A DNA stretch of 64,000 bases from Podarcis filfolensis (lineage: Eukaryota): assembly GCA_964270895.1 (NCBI GenBank), contig OZ185447.1, one strand, 5' to 3'. Of the stretch, positions 13,302-25,198 are shown piece after piece; the stretch's first letter is position 1, and each line of letters begins with the position of its first letter. The notes under the pieces are model-generated. The model did no database searches and was not told the origin of the DNA. It saw only the letters and a list, made by a program, of their open reading frames with translations. A program made the position numbers and the translations under genes.

Positions 13302-14234
13302 GGCAATGTGGAAACCAGGCCTTACTGTTAGCTAAATACTACAGTTAAATGGGGAGGCCTTTTTAAAAAGGCTTCTGAGTCTAATGTTTGGGACATTGTA
13401 GCAGTTGTAGGAATTGTTGCTGAGCAACTAGATGTGTCTCAACCTGCTGTGTTCCTAACCACAGCTTCAAGAGACGTATATGAAGGTCAAAGTTGAGGTA
13501 AGAGCTCGCACTTTCTCTCCAGTGGCTCTAGCTGTCAGAGTAATCTTTTTGTCCTCACCCATGGGTAGAATCCAAAGGGGGAGAATAGCAAATGTTGCAT
13601 CCCAACTATCACTGGCTGATGAAGGGACTTATTTTACTGGACAAGCATTTTCTAGTCCTAATTTTGTATATTTAAAGGAGGGGGAAAATAATTTCTGGGA
13701 CTGCTAGCCAAACCACAAAGAGCTGCAGAAAGGTTCTATAAACCTTTGATGTGTGCAAATACTTGCCCCTTCAAAATGAGCAATTTTACAAGCTGTCATA
13801 ACTACAGCAACCCAGTAAAGGGAAGCTACAAACCCCTCAAAAATAAAGAACATATTAACTGAAACTAAAAATGAAAAAGCAAAAACACCCTTGTCTGGAA
13901 TTCAAAGAAATCAAGCGGCTTTCCCAGTTTCCTGTTCTGATTATTACACCTCCTTATATCCTGCATTGGAGACTGAATGCTCTCCAAAGTTCCTGACAGT
14001 TTTGAAAACTGCTTCTTGGGCAACTGCAGGGAGCCACAATAGGAAAAACAGAGCCCAAGGGACAACTATACAGGCAGAAGCTCTTCATAGGGTGCATTAG
14101 ATCTTACCTTTGAAACCAAGAGCACTGAACTTTCTAGCAATGACAACATAATGCTGTAGATCTTTGTGTGAGAATGGGAATCGGGGGGGGGCGAATTTTG
14201 AATGCTATTCTTTTGAAACAAACAGTCTTAGTGA

Positions 14235-14430
14235 GCGAATGGGGGGGTAAAATGGTAAATGAAATTCAGTGTAAACAACTGTAAAGTGATGCATGTAGGT
14301 GCAAAAAAATAATAACCTTAATGTGACATATACAGTGATGTGGGGGGTTGAACTGGTGGTGACTGGCAAGGAACGAGACCTTGGGGTAGTAGTGGATAGC
14401 TCAATGAACATGTTGTCCCACTGTGTAGCA
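14235..14430 (+). mobile_element. CR1 LINE ORF2 fragment
   Basis: Broken-frame peptides MKFSVN.CKVMHVG and KERDLGVVVDSSMN are CR1 RT C-terminal motifs. Confidence 0.75.
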
Positions 14431-15314
14431 TGTCTTAAGTATCTGCCTAGCCTTCCCTTGGACTGACCTGTTTTAATATCACTGCTATATATTCACTTTT
14501 GCTCACCACACTCACAAATGGGAATGGCTCCCTCTTTTTTCTCCAATGCAAATATAGCTTCCCAGCCATCTCCAAAAACCAGTCCCCCAGAGATACAATC
14601 AGGTTGAGATTAAACAACAAATACTTAAGCAACAACAGAAAAAACCAGCCTTTAAGGCCAAGGGCAAACAGACAAAGGATTTCCCTGAAAACTGGAGCAG
14701 TCACCAACCCCTCTTATCCCTCTAACTGGGAACTCCAATTCCTCAGACCATATGCAAAAGTCAGCCAAACAATTAAACAAACACCCATAATTAAAATCTT
14801 CTGAAATGGCCATACACTAAATATGGAGATAGTCCTCCATATGAAGGAAAAAATGAATGATTTGCCCAAACAGAGAAACCATTATTTTCCAAGTGAGCAA
14901 ATTACCAAACCCACCCAAGCTGCCCTGTTACTGATAGGTATGTGAAGGCAGGCAAAAATTAATTGCAATTTTCCACAAGGCTAGATTAAACAAAAAGCTT
15001 TCTCACAAGAATAAGAAGTGACAAAAATCATCATTATAGAAAAGTGCTGCATGGCTTGAAGAAGTGCCTACGGTAAGGGAGCAGGAACCATCGTAACATG
15101 ATCTCTTATGCAGGGATGGATGCCACTGTTCAGGCCTAAGCTCTGGCCTACATTTAATGGACTGACAACACAGTTGTCCTCTAGTTCTCAGGTGTGCTGG
15201 AAAGCAAACAGGTTCCAGAGCCGTTCGAATACTAGCACCATAACTCATCAAATGTTATGATGTTGTGTTTCCTTCTTTACCACTGCACATTTATGTGGCT
15301 GCCATCTGTATTGA

Positions 15315-15321
15315 GTGTGTG

Positions 15322-15357
<36 letters not shown>
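15315..15357. repeat. (GT)n microsatellite
   Basis: About 21 GT units with one GC interruption. Confidence 0.95.
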
Positions 15358-15358
<1 letters not shown>

Positions 15359-15963
15359 AAAAGAGTTAGAGCAAGAGAAAACAGTGTTGACATGGTACTC
15401 CTGTCCCTATTTTCCTCCCTTGTGTTGCCAGAGCATGATGAAGTGGCAGTAGAAAGGGCAAACAAACCTCCAGTGTCAGACACAATGTAGGAATCCCAGT
15501 GCAAAGTCATCATGATTAGAAGCCAACCTGTTGTCCACACTATTGCAACTCAATGGGAGAAAAATAATGCTTTTCACTCAACACCCCCGTACATGAGACG
15601 TCAGGACATTCTTTGGAATGAAGGAATGAGGGAACAAGAACTTACACAGCAGGGCTGTATGAAAACACACCAGCCTTTGTCTGACAGAAACTGATGCCCA
15701 TTTATAAGCCTGTCCCCTTGATAAGACTCCCTTTCAAAGGCTGCCCTGCCAATGTGCATTAATGAATTTTTGCAGTATGCACAACAGAAAGTTTCCAGTT
15801 CTCAAAACTCTTGCTTATGGTTTAACTTTTTATAAACTCAATCCTCCTCATTTGTTCCCAAAAGCAAAGTCTGGCAGAACCCTGAATGCAGAACTCAGCT
15901 ACTCAGGAGGAATTCCAGAAAGACTGCCATATTAATCTGCTGCTAAATAAATAAATAAGAAGT

Positions 15964-16030
15964 GGCTAGCAATACCTCCAAAATTAATCAGTTTATTGTG
16001 GCAAAGCTTTCATAAGCAACAGCTTGCTTC
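15964..16030 (-). mobile_element. Probable Penelope-like element terminal relic with a decayed hammerhead
   Basis: Minus strand GAAG-CAAGC-TGTT-GCTTAT-GAAAGCTTTGCCACAATAAACTGATTAATTTTGGAGGTATTGCTAG resembles the reptile Penelope terminus as I recall it (CTGANGAAG, stem, GAAAGCT...AATAAA...GGT.CTA). Confidence 0.45.
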
Positions 16031-17672
16031 TATACGCATTCCTTAGATGTAAAGAGGTCTCTGGGCTTATCTACATTTTGCCTTTAAGGGAAGCATCATT
16101 CCGTGGCAACTCTATGTAATCTCGAGTATGCAGCTTTCCATAGTAACTCTGCCAACTGCATGAAGGATTTATATGAGAGCTAGACTACAGCAGAGTAGTG
16201 GACATTGATTTGGGTTCAAGTCTCTGCTCTCAGTGTATGCAGCCTTATAGAGTTGTGAGGCTAAAACAGGGTAACTCATGTGCAGATTATTTCTAAGGAG
16301 TCAGTTATACCCCTGAATCTCTGAGTGTAAAGAAATTCAATGAACAATTTTCAGGAGGATTCTAAAATGCATTAAGTTAACAACTAAAATTTAACCACAC
16401 AATTAGGCTACGAAGGATAGAGTCAGGTTAGTCTCAATTGTCCCTACCTTCCCAACTGCAAGCAAACGGCTTGCTAGTGTGAAAACTCAGGTAACTGTTG
16501 ACCCTATGGCCATACCAAACTGTTTGGTAAAACAGTGCACATCAATAACCTCATTAGACAAAGCTGGGCAAGCAATATACAAATACATGAGCAAACGGGG
16601 GTGTTTTCACGGGGCCTGCAAGACCAAAACCCCTACGATCAGTACGCAGATTAAGAAACATCCAGCAATGGAAATATATGAAAATGCAGTTTTATTATTT
16701 ATATCTGAAGAGCTTCAGGCAAGTTACAATACTTAGCAAATCCTCAAAGCAACTATGTGAAGATTCAGCTCAGAGTGTGTGATTTGCTGAAGGCTAGTCT
16801 GATATGCTTCACTGCTAAGTTGATCTTCCATATCCAAAATAAACAAACCTTCTATCCCCCTGATCCGCAATGTGGGCTAAAGTTCAAGAAACCAGAGATA
16901 ACTTTAATCACCTAAAGTTTTTGTACACTGTACTAGCAGAGATGTTGGAAAAATGTTTGAAATTCCCAGAAACCAGCTCCAAAAGTTTGGGAGACAGAAT
17001 CCAATATTTAAGAACGAAATAATCAGTAAGTAAGCTTTAGGTATTGACTATTCTGCTAGCTGGAGAGAAAGGCCAAGTGATGCTATCTAACAGCCAGTAT
17101 ATGATGTCACAACCTTTAAAACTAGCTGTAACAATGTAAAGCAGCCTATCGCTGATCTACCATGTCTGTAACCTGAGCTAACTGGATTGGCAAGTTTGTT
17201 TTACCGGTTCTTTTATCTCACGTTTAACATTGGAGTCCACCACTTTACACTTAAGCAGATACTTGCTACTGCTCACTGGTATGCACACATACAAGCCACC
17301 TTAAAAAAACTGCTGACATTTAGTCGGCAAAGAGGCAGGTAAAACTGGTACAATCTGCAAGCCCGATGAAAGATTAGACAGGTTGGAGTCACAAGATGGT
17401 AGGTTGAACATAGTAAGTATATAGTTATCCCTTTACTATTTTCACACTTTCATAAGGAATATAGTATCTGTCACTGACTTGATAGAATCAAATTTTAGGC
17501 AGTTAGAATAGAGCATACAATCCATAAATCAAGATTTGAGAGACTGACTCAACTCCTCCTATCAGTTCACACGTAGTTCATGATTTTTGAAAAGGAGAAT
17601 TATAGGATGAGTGAATAACAGCTCTGCATCTTTACATTGGATTTCCAGTGTCAACTTTAATAGCAAATGTTT

Positions 17673-17726
17673 CCCATCCCTCCTCTATTTGCATTACATT
17701 CCCCATCCCTCCTCTATTTGCATTAC
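17673..17726. repeat. Tandem duplication, 25-nt identical core, period 29
   Basis: cccatccctcctctatttgcattac at 17673-17697 and 17702-17726. Confidence 0.9.
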
Positions 17727-19042
17727 CAAAAGCTAACAAAATATTATATACCACTAATAAACATTTTTCTTTGTTTGCTCTTTAGGCTATGTGTATTCTT
17801 AATTCCTGAGTTTATTTGTGTGACATCTTCAGGTACCTTGTATGTGCGGCAGAAGAGACACATTTAACAATCGTTCCAACTAGGGATGCTTGAGGAATTC
17901 CATATTTATGAATTCTGATATGAACTGACACCTCCCAGACTAATGTGCAGTTCAGAATTTAGTTTCAACAATTTTAACGCTCACTTTCCTATAATGTTCC
18001 AATGCTGTCCTTAGCTCTAAAAATGTACCAATATTTGTTAGAATGCGCATTGTGCAAGAAAATGCATTTAGATATGAGTGTTTTGAGAGATGCAAATTTT
18101 CATGCAGATCTTTAAAAAAAAAAAGCAAATCAATGTGGAAACTGGAGAGAAGCAACTGACAAGTGAACACATGTGAAGTGTCACAGACTGCAAACAGGTT
18201 GACTAGTCCATTTGTAGTTCCAACAGTAAACCAGTGGTCAAGTTCTAGCTTCAACACAAGTTTATTATTAACAACTGTATCTAACTGCTAGCAATCAAAT
18301 CTAATAAAACTTCAGAAGATAAAGCCAGGGTGTAAATCTTTAAAATTACATTCACGTCAAACTCTCAGTCAACCAGTTATTACTGGCTACAAACCACTAA
18401 AGGATGTTCAGGAGCTTAAAAACAACAACACTGTAATATTAACCATCCTGAATGGCTGGAAAACGATCCCCCTTGCATTTGAAAGCCGATGGCAGTGGCA
18501 TAAAAATATATAAAGTTAGTTTTAATTTCCTCATTCAAATATTTGAAAATTTTGAGTTGAGAGTTGGCTCAAACTGAAGCACCTTGACCACAGTTGCTCT
18601 CTTTGGGAATCTAAAGCAGATTAGCAGTCATGCTGCCTTTCTTTTTAGGAGTCTACTTGTTTCTAATACACTGTTGCATATTGGTAAATAGATTAATTAC
18701 AAAGACCCCATAGTCTCCTGTGCTTTTTTCAGCCAAAGAAAACCAAACCACATAGTACTGTCCCTGAACTTCTCATTGCTTAAGGAAGAGGTAGTGGCAA
18801 GGCACATACCAATATACCTTATTTAGGTTCCTAATGCCTGTTGATTCTGCATGGCATAACCACACTCAGTAAAACTAGCCTGACTGACAGATTAAGAGTT
18901 TTGGGAGATGTTTGCATAATTCTGCGCCACCTTCAGAATTTGTTGAATTTACGGATTTTATTGACTTTCAGTCAACTATGGTCTCTGCTCACTCAGCTAT
19001 TACCAAAACTCCTAGACTTGCACAAGCCAAAAGGCGACTTAC

Positions 19043-19104
19043 CGAAGCAGCAGTTCTTTGGGAAGTTTTTTGTTGATTGCAGCCTCATCACTGTTTGAGA
19101 ACAT
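19043..19104 (-). CDS. FBXL20: FBXL20 coding exon 2 (62 nt): MFSNSDEAAINKKLPKELLL(R), start of the F-box
   Basis: Peptide matches FBXL20. Acceptor ctattgcAG, donor GTaagt, phase 0 to 2. Confidence 0.97.
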
Positions 19105-21339
19105 CTGCAATAGAGAAAGCAACAACACGCATTTACCCTGTTGTGTGGATCATTATCTCTTACAAACTTGGGGGAGCATGGCAACTTCATAAGGGAAAGC
19201 TAATTTTGAGGCAATCTGAAAAGGTGGCATTTGAAGAAGACATAGTGCCTTGCATGTTTATTTTAAAAGGCTGGTATTAAAATATGGTGCAACTCACACT
19301 GAACATTTGGAATTGTGTTGAATTCTAAATGAACTAGCCTGAATAATATGGCAGTTTATTTTGGTTTCTCAGTAACAGGCCATACACCATATGCCCCCCC
19401 AACCCCTAAGTGTTTACCTTTTCCTGCTGGATTATGTGGATGTGCAACAGCTAGATACAGACTGAAAAGAATGGATCAGAATTCCAAATACGATTTCCCC
19501 TTTATTAATTAGGCGAAAAGGTTCTAGTCCCCTAAAATAATTTCCCTGTTTCAGATTGAACCTTGATCCTGGGGCATATTTGCTTTCTCAAAAGTGTACG
19601 TCTTGGATCACTTGCTTGAGTCATTTCCTCTGAAAATACCTTGGTGTGCTGCTTGTTTCTTTGCCCCCTATCTATTAATGGAGCACTCTCTTATAACAGA
19701 ACTATAACAGACCTTGAGATAGAGAGATGTACTTCTAGATACAAGAAGTCATTTATCTCCAAGTCACATCACTTGCTCATCTAGTAGGTAAGGGTAACCC
19801 TAACACATCAACTGTTTATTATTGTTATAATTTATTTAATGTCTGTGTCACCTAATAAGTGTGACTCACAATAAAAGCAAAAACCTACAATGCCACAAAT
19901 ACAATTCGTTGGGGTTTGTTTTTAAAATAAAAAATACACCAACACAATAAAGGAGACATCAACAACAAAGTACCATTTTAAACAGAAAAACTAAATAGAC
20001 ACAGACCCCTCAATCGGCAAATAATAACCCCAATGAACAGTAGTAATCCACCAACATTTGTCAAACTGAGCTCTTCAGGATTTCATATCATAAACCATTT
20101 CTCAGAGCATATGGTGTAGTAAATCATGCTGAAGATAAACAGGTCTGGGTTTGGTCAGTGCCTGGATGGAAAAATGTCTGGGAACCCTATGTACACTTCT
20201 TTGTATTCCAATATGGAAGAATGGCGATATATAAATAGGAATGCAGGAAATTGTGTAGTCACTATAGTGGAGGAGAGCTGGCTGATGGTAAACTCAGTAG
20301 TGTGGGCTATTTCTTTGGCATTTGGACTTTGCATTCCAAAGATGGAAAGTTGGCATAACCGGTGGAAGTTTGCTGGGCATACATCAGCTAACAGCCATGT
20401 GTTTCTCTCAGCATCTGTATCCCCATCAGTACCAAATTCACGTACACTCTTCACTTGGAGAAGCCACAGCAGGCATACAATTCAACAGTTCAGATTTCTA
20501 CACAAAGAGGAAGGAGTATGCAAACAGGGTGAAGAACTGAAGTAGTGGGCCAGCTCATATGACTTCACCAGTCATAGAAATCAGGATTTTTAAAAATCCA
20601 TGTGTAGTATGTATTTCAGCTGGCGTGTAAAAGACACAACCTGGCTTGAGAGAGCAGGGGAACAAGACAAGAATTATTTGCTTCGGGTTTAAAATAGCCC
20701 AGCACGCCAAGCATTTTTTATGTGTGAATATGCAGGTAATCTCTGTGCATTGTGGTTATGGCTTTGCAGAAATAGACAAATAGGAACACTGTTTCCATAG
20801 AGTTACACTGCAGGTAGGCAGCATTTGTGAAAGGCTGGAAAAAAAGTTATCAACATGTAACCACATCAGTTACCTAGAATTTTGATGCCAGTTCCTAAAA
20901 ATTGCCCCACCGACCCAAGAAAATCCCAGAAAATGGTTTGCTCACCTGACAGAATTGGAGGCCCAGTTCAGAAAGCACATACCATGGGCTCATTCCTGAC
21001 ACACGGTTCCCTCAGCCACTTCCTGGTTCTTTTATATTTGCTGTTAATAGCCAAATGAGAAAACTTGGGTTAGCACCTTGCCTCCAAACCGTGATTTGAA
21101 ACCACACTTTGAAAGGGCTTTGTAAATCATGGTTTGGAGTCAAGACACCAGCCACATTTTGCCAATTCAGACCTCTTGCTATCATCATCCTTGGCCATTG
21201 TCCATGTCAGCTGGGGTACATGTGCGTTGGGAGTTCAATAATAGCCAAAGTGTAACAACAGATACCCCACACCCAGTTTACTATGATGTTTGAGTACGTA
21301 AAAAGTTAAATGAAGAATTCGCTTGTGGTGTAATTAAGG

Positions 21340-21425
21340 ATAGAGTCTTGCCCTTGGGGTGCAAGACTTGGGTTCAAATGCCAACCAAATTCACTGGGTG
21401 ACCTTGGGCCATTCACTCTTTCTTA
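21340..21425 (+). mobile_element. MIR/CORE-like SINE fragment
   Basis: B-box-like gggttcaaatgcc followed by ctgggtgaccttgggcca. Confidence 0.45.
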
Positions 21426-22156
21426 AAGGAAAACTTCTTAAAAGAGGGGATCAATTGCCAGAAGGAAGGAGTGCATCACAATTCTCTCTCTCTAAAGTGC
21501 TTAAAGATCTTGCACCAACAAACCCTAGCGAATGCATCTGAGGAAAGAATATAGGTGCAATGCAGACGGCACCCCATCCAGTAAAAAAAATCAGCACCCA
21601 AGTTTTGTTCTGCTCTCTTCCTCATGTTAAGAGCTCAGGTTAGGTCTTGCTGTATCTTATTTTACCCTTCATAAATCTTTGAAGTTGATCTGACTAGGAG
21701 CTGTCAGAACTGAACACTGCTTGATGCTAGGTCTGCTAGGCTCAAAGACCACTGCTCTATTTATTACCCCATTTATTACCAAGCAGCAGAACAGGTTGCT
21801 ACTTTCCTCACAGAAGCTGTAATTTTTTAAAAAAATAATCAAGAAGAATCTCTACAAGCAGAAGCCTCACCTCATACTCTGTCTTGATGCACCAGATGTA
21901 ACACAGCTATATCTACTTCAGTGGCACCCCGGTAAGCAAGTTTGCGTACAGCTAATCAATCATCTTTATAAGGTATGAGCTTCCAACCATTTATTACATG
22001 TCACTTCTGCAGAAACCAGGTCATGCAATTTAGTCAAAAGGAATCCTTCTCCCTGGACTTGAGGCCAATTTGTAGGGTAAAACACATGTGCCAAAATTAT
22101 GAAGAGGAAGACACCATATACAAGTGTTATATGCTAAATGCTGGAAGCTTCCAAGT

Positions 22157-22294
22157 CAGCGGTTCTCAACTTGAGGGCCCCCAGATGTTGTTGGACTACA
22201 ACTCCCATCATCCCTGAGCTCTGGCCTTGCTAGCTAGGGGTGATGAGAGTTGTAGTTCAACAACATCTGGGGACCCACAGGTTGAGAAAGGCTG
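22157..22294. mobile_element. Palindromic MITE (ggactacaactcccatc family)
   Basis: Near-full-length inverted arms, with ends cagcggttctcaac / gttgagaaaggctg. Confidence 0.75.
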
Positions 22295-22652
22295 TCTAAG
22301 TCAAGATGAGTGGGCAGCTTGGTCTTAAGAGAAGAACACAGCTATAGAAGACATAAAGTAAAACTAGTAGAATGGAGAGAACCAGTGGGGCACAGTTATA
22401 TCTGGATACAAACTACAGCAGGGGTATGAAACTTTTTCCAGCTCAAGGGCATGCTCCTTTCTGGCAACTTTCTGGGGGCCACATGCGCGAGCTGGCTGGG
22501 GCCAGACACACAAAAAAGGCAGAGAAATGAATGTATATGTTACCTTTGTGCAGTCAGGTAGTTTCTACACTTACTCATACACCCATCTCTATGTTTCATC
22601 TAGGCAAGAAAGAGGCATTAACAGAGTCCAAGGACAGACACAAACACTCAAG

Positions 22653-22677
22653 GTGTGTGTGTGTGTGTGTGTGTGTG
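22653..22677. repeat. (GT)12 microsatellite
   Basis: Read directly. Confidence 0.95.
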
Positions 22678-23059
22678 CAAGATCTGGGGAAAGTCCCAAG
22701 GGCCAACTAAAAGGGTTTGGAGGATTGCATTCAACCCTAGGACCTCAGGGAAGGGTGCACTGGAGGTGGTATCAAAGAGAACACAAGAGTTCAACCATCT
22801 AGAAGTCCCCCAAAAGGCAAACTCTTCTACAAAGATCACTGATTAATTTAGTTCAGGGGATGTATGATCGCTCCCCCCCCCAAGCTAAACTGCCCAGGGT
22901 GACTTTGAGATGGAGACTGAAATAAAGGAGGCACCTAAAGGAGGAAGTGTCATAATAATGGCCAACCTCCAACTACCCTCACAGATTGGAGCATGCATAC
23001 ACCCAATCACAACCAAGAGGTAAAAATTCCAGATACCCTAAATGACTCTGCCTTAGAAC

Positions 23060-23600
23060 AGTTTGGGTCATGGAACTGACCAGAGAGATGGCAACCCTCA
23101 ACTCAACTGGCGTCCAAGACCTTGTGTGAGATGTAAGTGTTGCTGAATCAATTTGAAACAGTGATCAAAGTGCCATGTAAGTGGACAATTGCTAAGAAAG
23201 TCCAACACGGTCACATTTGACTTCAAAAGTGGAAACTTCCCCAAAAATGAGGGGTTGCTTATAAGACAGTGGAACGGCAAAGTCAAGAGGGTCAAATCTC
23301 TCCAGAATGGTTTGGGGCTTTAGCAAAAGGGTTGTGAGCAGACCATGAGGGATTTAAAAAAAAAAGAATTTGATGAATACTTCATTAAAAACATAAAGAG
23401 GCCAACAAGCAAACATTTTTTAAATACATGGCTGTTGGATAACAAGTGAGTCAAAGGTGTGCTGAAGGAGGAAATGTAACTGCAGAGAAGCTGGATGAAT
23501 TCTTTGCATCTGTCTTCACAATGGAAGATGTAGTTCTCCAGAGTTTCAGACAGGAATCTTTCCCAGTCATAACTGGAGATACCAAGGAGAAACATGGGAC
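23060..23600 (+). mobile_element. Old CR1 LINE ORF2 fragment (endonuclease end and linker)
   Basis: Broken-frame peptides FDFKSGNFPK and AEKLDEFFASVFT. Boundaries approximate. Confidence 0.6.
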
Positions 23601-24746
23601 CTTCTGTATGCAAACACGTGCCCTGCCACTGGCTATGGTCTCTTTCTTCGCTGTGTGAGGTAGAGAAGCAAGGAATATTCATTGCCTGGCTCAAGCAAGG
23701 TCAGAACAGATATTGATTTGCTGGCAAACTCAGCTGCTTCTCAGCTGAGGCAGAATCAGGACTTTATTCCCTAAAAAAAGAAAAAGGAAAAGGAAAAGAA
23801 AGCTCACACAAGCCCTTATGATTAAAAGAATCAATGCCAAAATCAGCAACCAGCAGAAACTGCTAGTCTGGAAAGAAGGCCTTGACATTGTAAAGGAATT
23901 ATTCCAAAGGACAAGGTTGCAAAGGAGATCTGGTCTGAGAGCTTTCTATGGGCTGGAGCTGAAAAAAAGCATTGCAGCTTTGTGCTGGCACATACAGATC
24001 TGGGGGTATTCTTCTAAAGGTTTTTGTTGTTTTTAATGGGGGGCATTGTGGATGAATCGTTACAGCTTATAGCATTCTGGAAGATCTTTAAGAGCCTAGT
24101 TAAGTAATAGAAACAGAATTTAAATATAGGGCAGGATCTAGTATAACCAAACCCTTAAATTTTGTGCAAGTCAGTTTCCAGGGAAGAAAAACGTTGAGAG
24201 TGGGCCATGAAATCAGAAGCAAAGAGACTTCTGAGTTTTCAAAACACATGTGGGATCACAAGAGAAACTAAAGGCATATTTTAGTACCTGTCCCAATAAC
24301 CTTTCAAGTAGCCTACTACAGGTACCACAGGCAGAGAGAGTCAATAGCACTCTTGGATTCAAGGAAAATATGAGAATCCACAGGCTGGCCTTGACATGGC
24401 CTGTACTTCTCTTGCTTCTCTCTCATCTCATGATACTGCTTGCTTTTCAGTTCTGTAAACCAGGCACCAAGTCACCTTTCCCAAGAGACAGACAGGGTGC
24501 AGAAACTTGTATTACACCTGGGATTACTAATTGTTGGCCCTTCAGATGTTACTAGACTACAACTCTCAACTACTGGCCATGCTTGGAGGTGCTGATGGGA
24601 GTCAAACAACATCTGGAGGGTCTAAGGTTCCCCATCCTTGCATTATAGCATTAACTAGGGTGGCCCATACAAGAAGATTAAAGCATAGTAAAAATCAGAA
24701 TTGAATGCTTATGTTCTTTACACTCTCTTAAACTAACTTTTATATA

Positions 24747-24800
24747 TTTTGTTGTTTAGTTGTTTAGTCGTGTCCGACTCTTCGTGACCCCATGGACCAG
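24747..24800 (-). mobile_element. Extremely short Bov-B/Sauria-SINE 3' tail insertion
   Basis: Reverse complement of tctggtccatggggtcacgaagagtcggacacgactaaacaactaaacaacaa, nearly identical to 46652-46708. 12-bp TSD aacttttatata at 24735-24746 and 24801-24812. Confidence 0.85.
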
Positions 24801-24956
24801 AACTTTTATATATATTTCTAGTCAATTATAAGTAAATAGTTTTCCACTGTAACACTCTCTTGCTGCAAAAGTTTACCTGAGATGCTGGGTCAAGTGCATT
24901 GCAGATGCAGAACAGCTCAAACACTTTTGTGAACCATTTTTATTCCAGTTCAATTA

Positions 24957-25198
24957 CAGTGGTACCTCGGGTTAAGTACTTAATTCATTCCGGAGGTCCG
25001 TTCTTAACCTGAAACTGTTCTTAACCTGAAGCACCACTTTAGCTAATGGGGCCTCCTGCTGCTGCTGCGCCGCCGGAGCACGATTTCTATTCTCATCCTG
25101 AAGCAAAGTTCTTAACCCGAGGTACTATTTCTGGGTTAGTGGAGTCTGTAACCTGTAGCGTATGTAACCTGAAGCTTATGTAACCCGAGGTACCACTG
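24957..25198. mobile_element. Tc1/mariner (Tigger-like) MITE
   Basis: TIRs cagtggtacctcgggtta / taacccgaggtaccactg, TA flanks, internal taacctga repeats. Confidence 0.88.

Noticed and set aside
20126-20545. 139-aa plus-strand ORF and 99-aa opposite-strand ORF
   Set aside because: No known domain. Part of the region resembles a decayed L2 3' tail, so these are chance ORFs.
21082-21139. 16-bp-stem hairpin as a pre-miRNA or other structured RNA
   Set aside because: The arms contain the aaaccatggttt-type motif of abundant palindromic MITE relics, and the loop is large and irregular.
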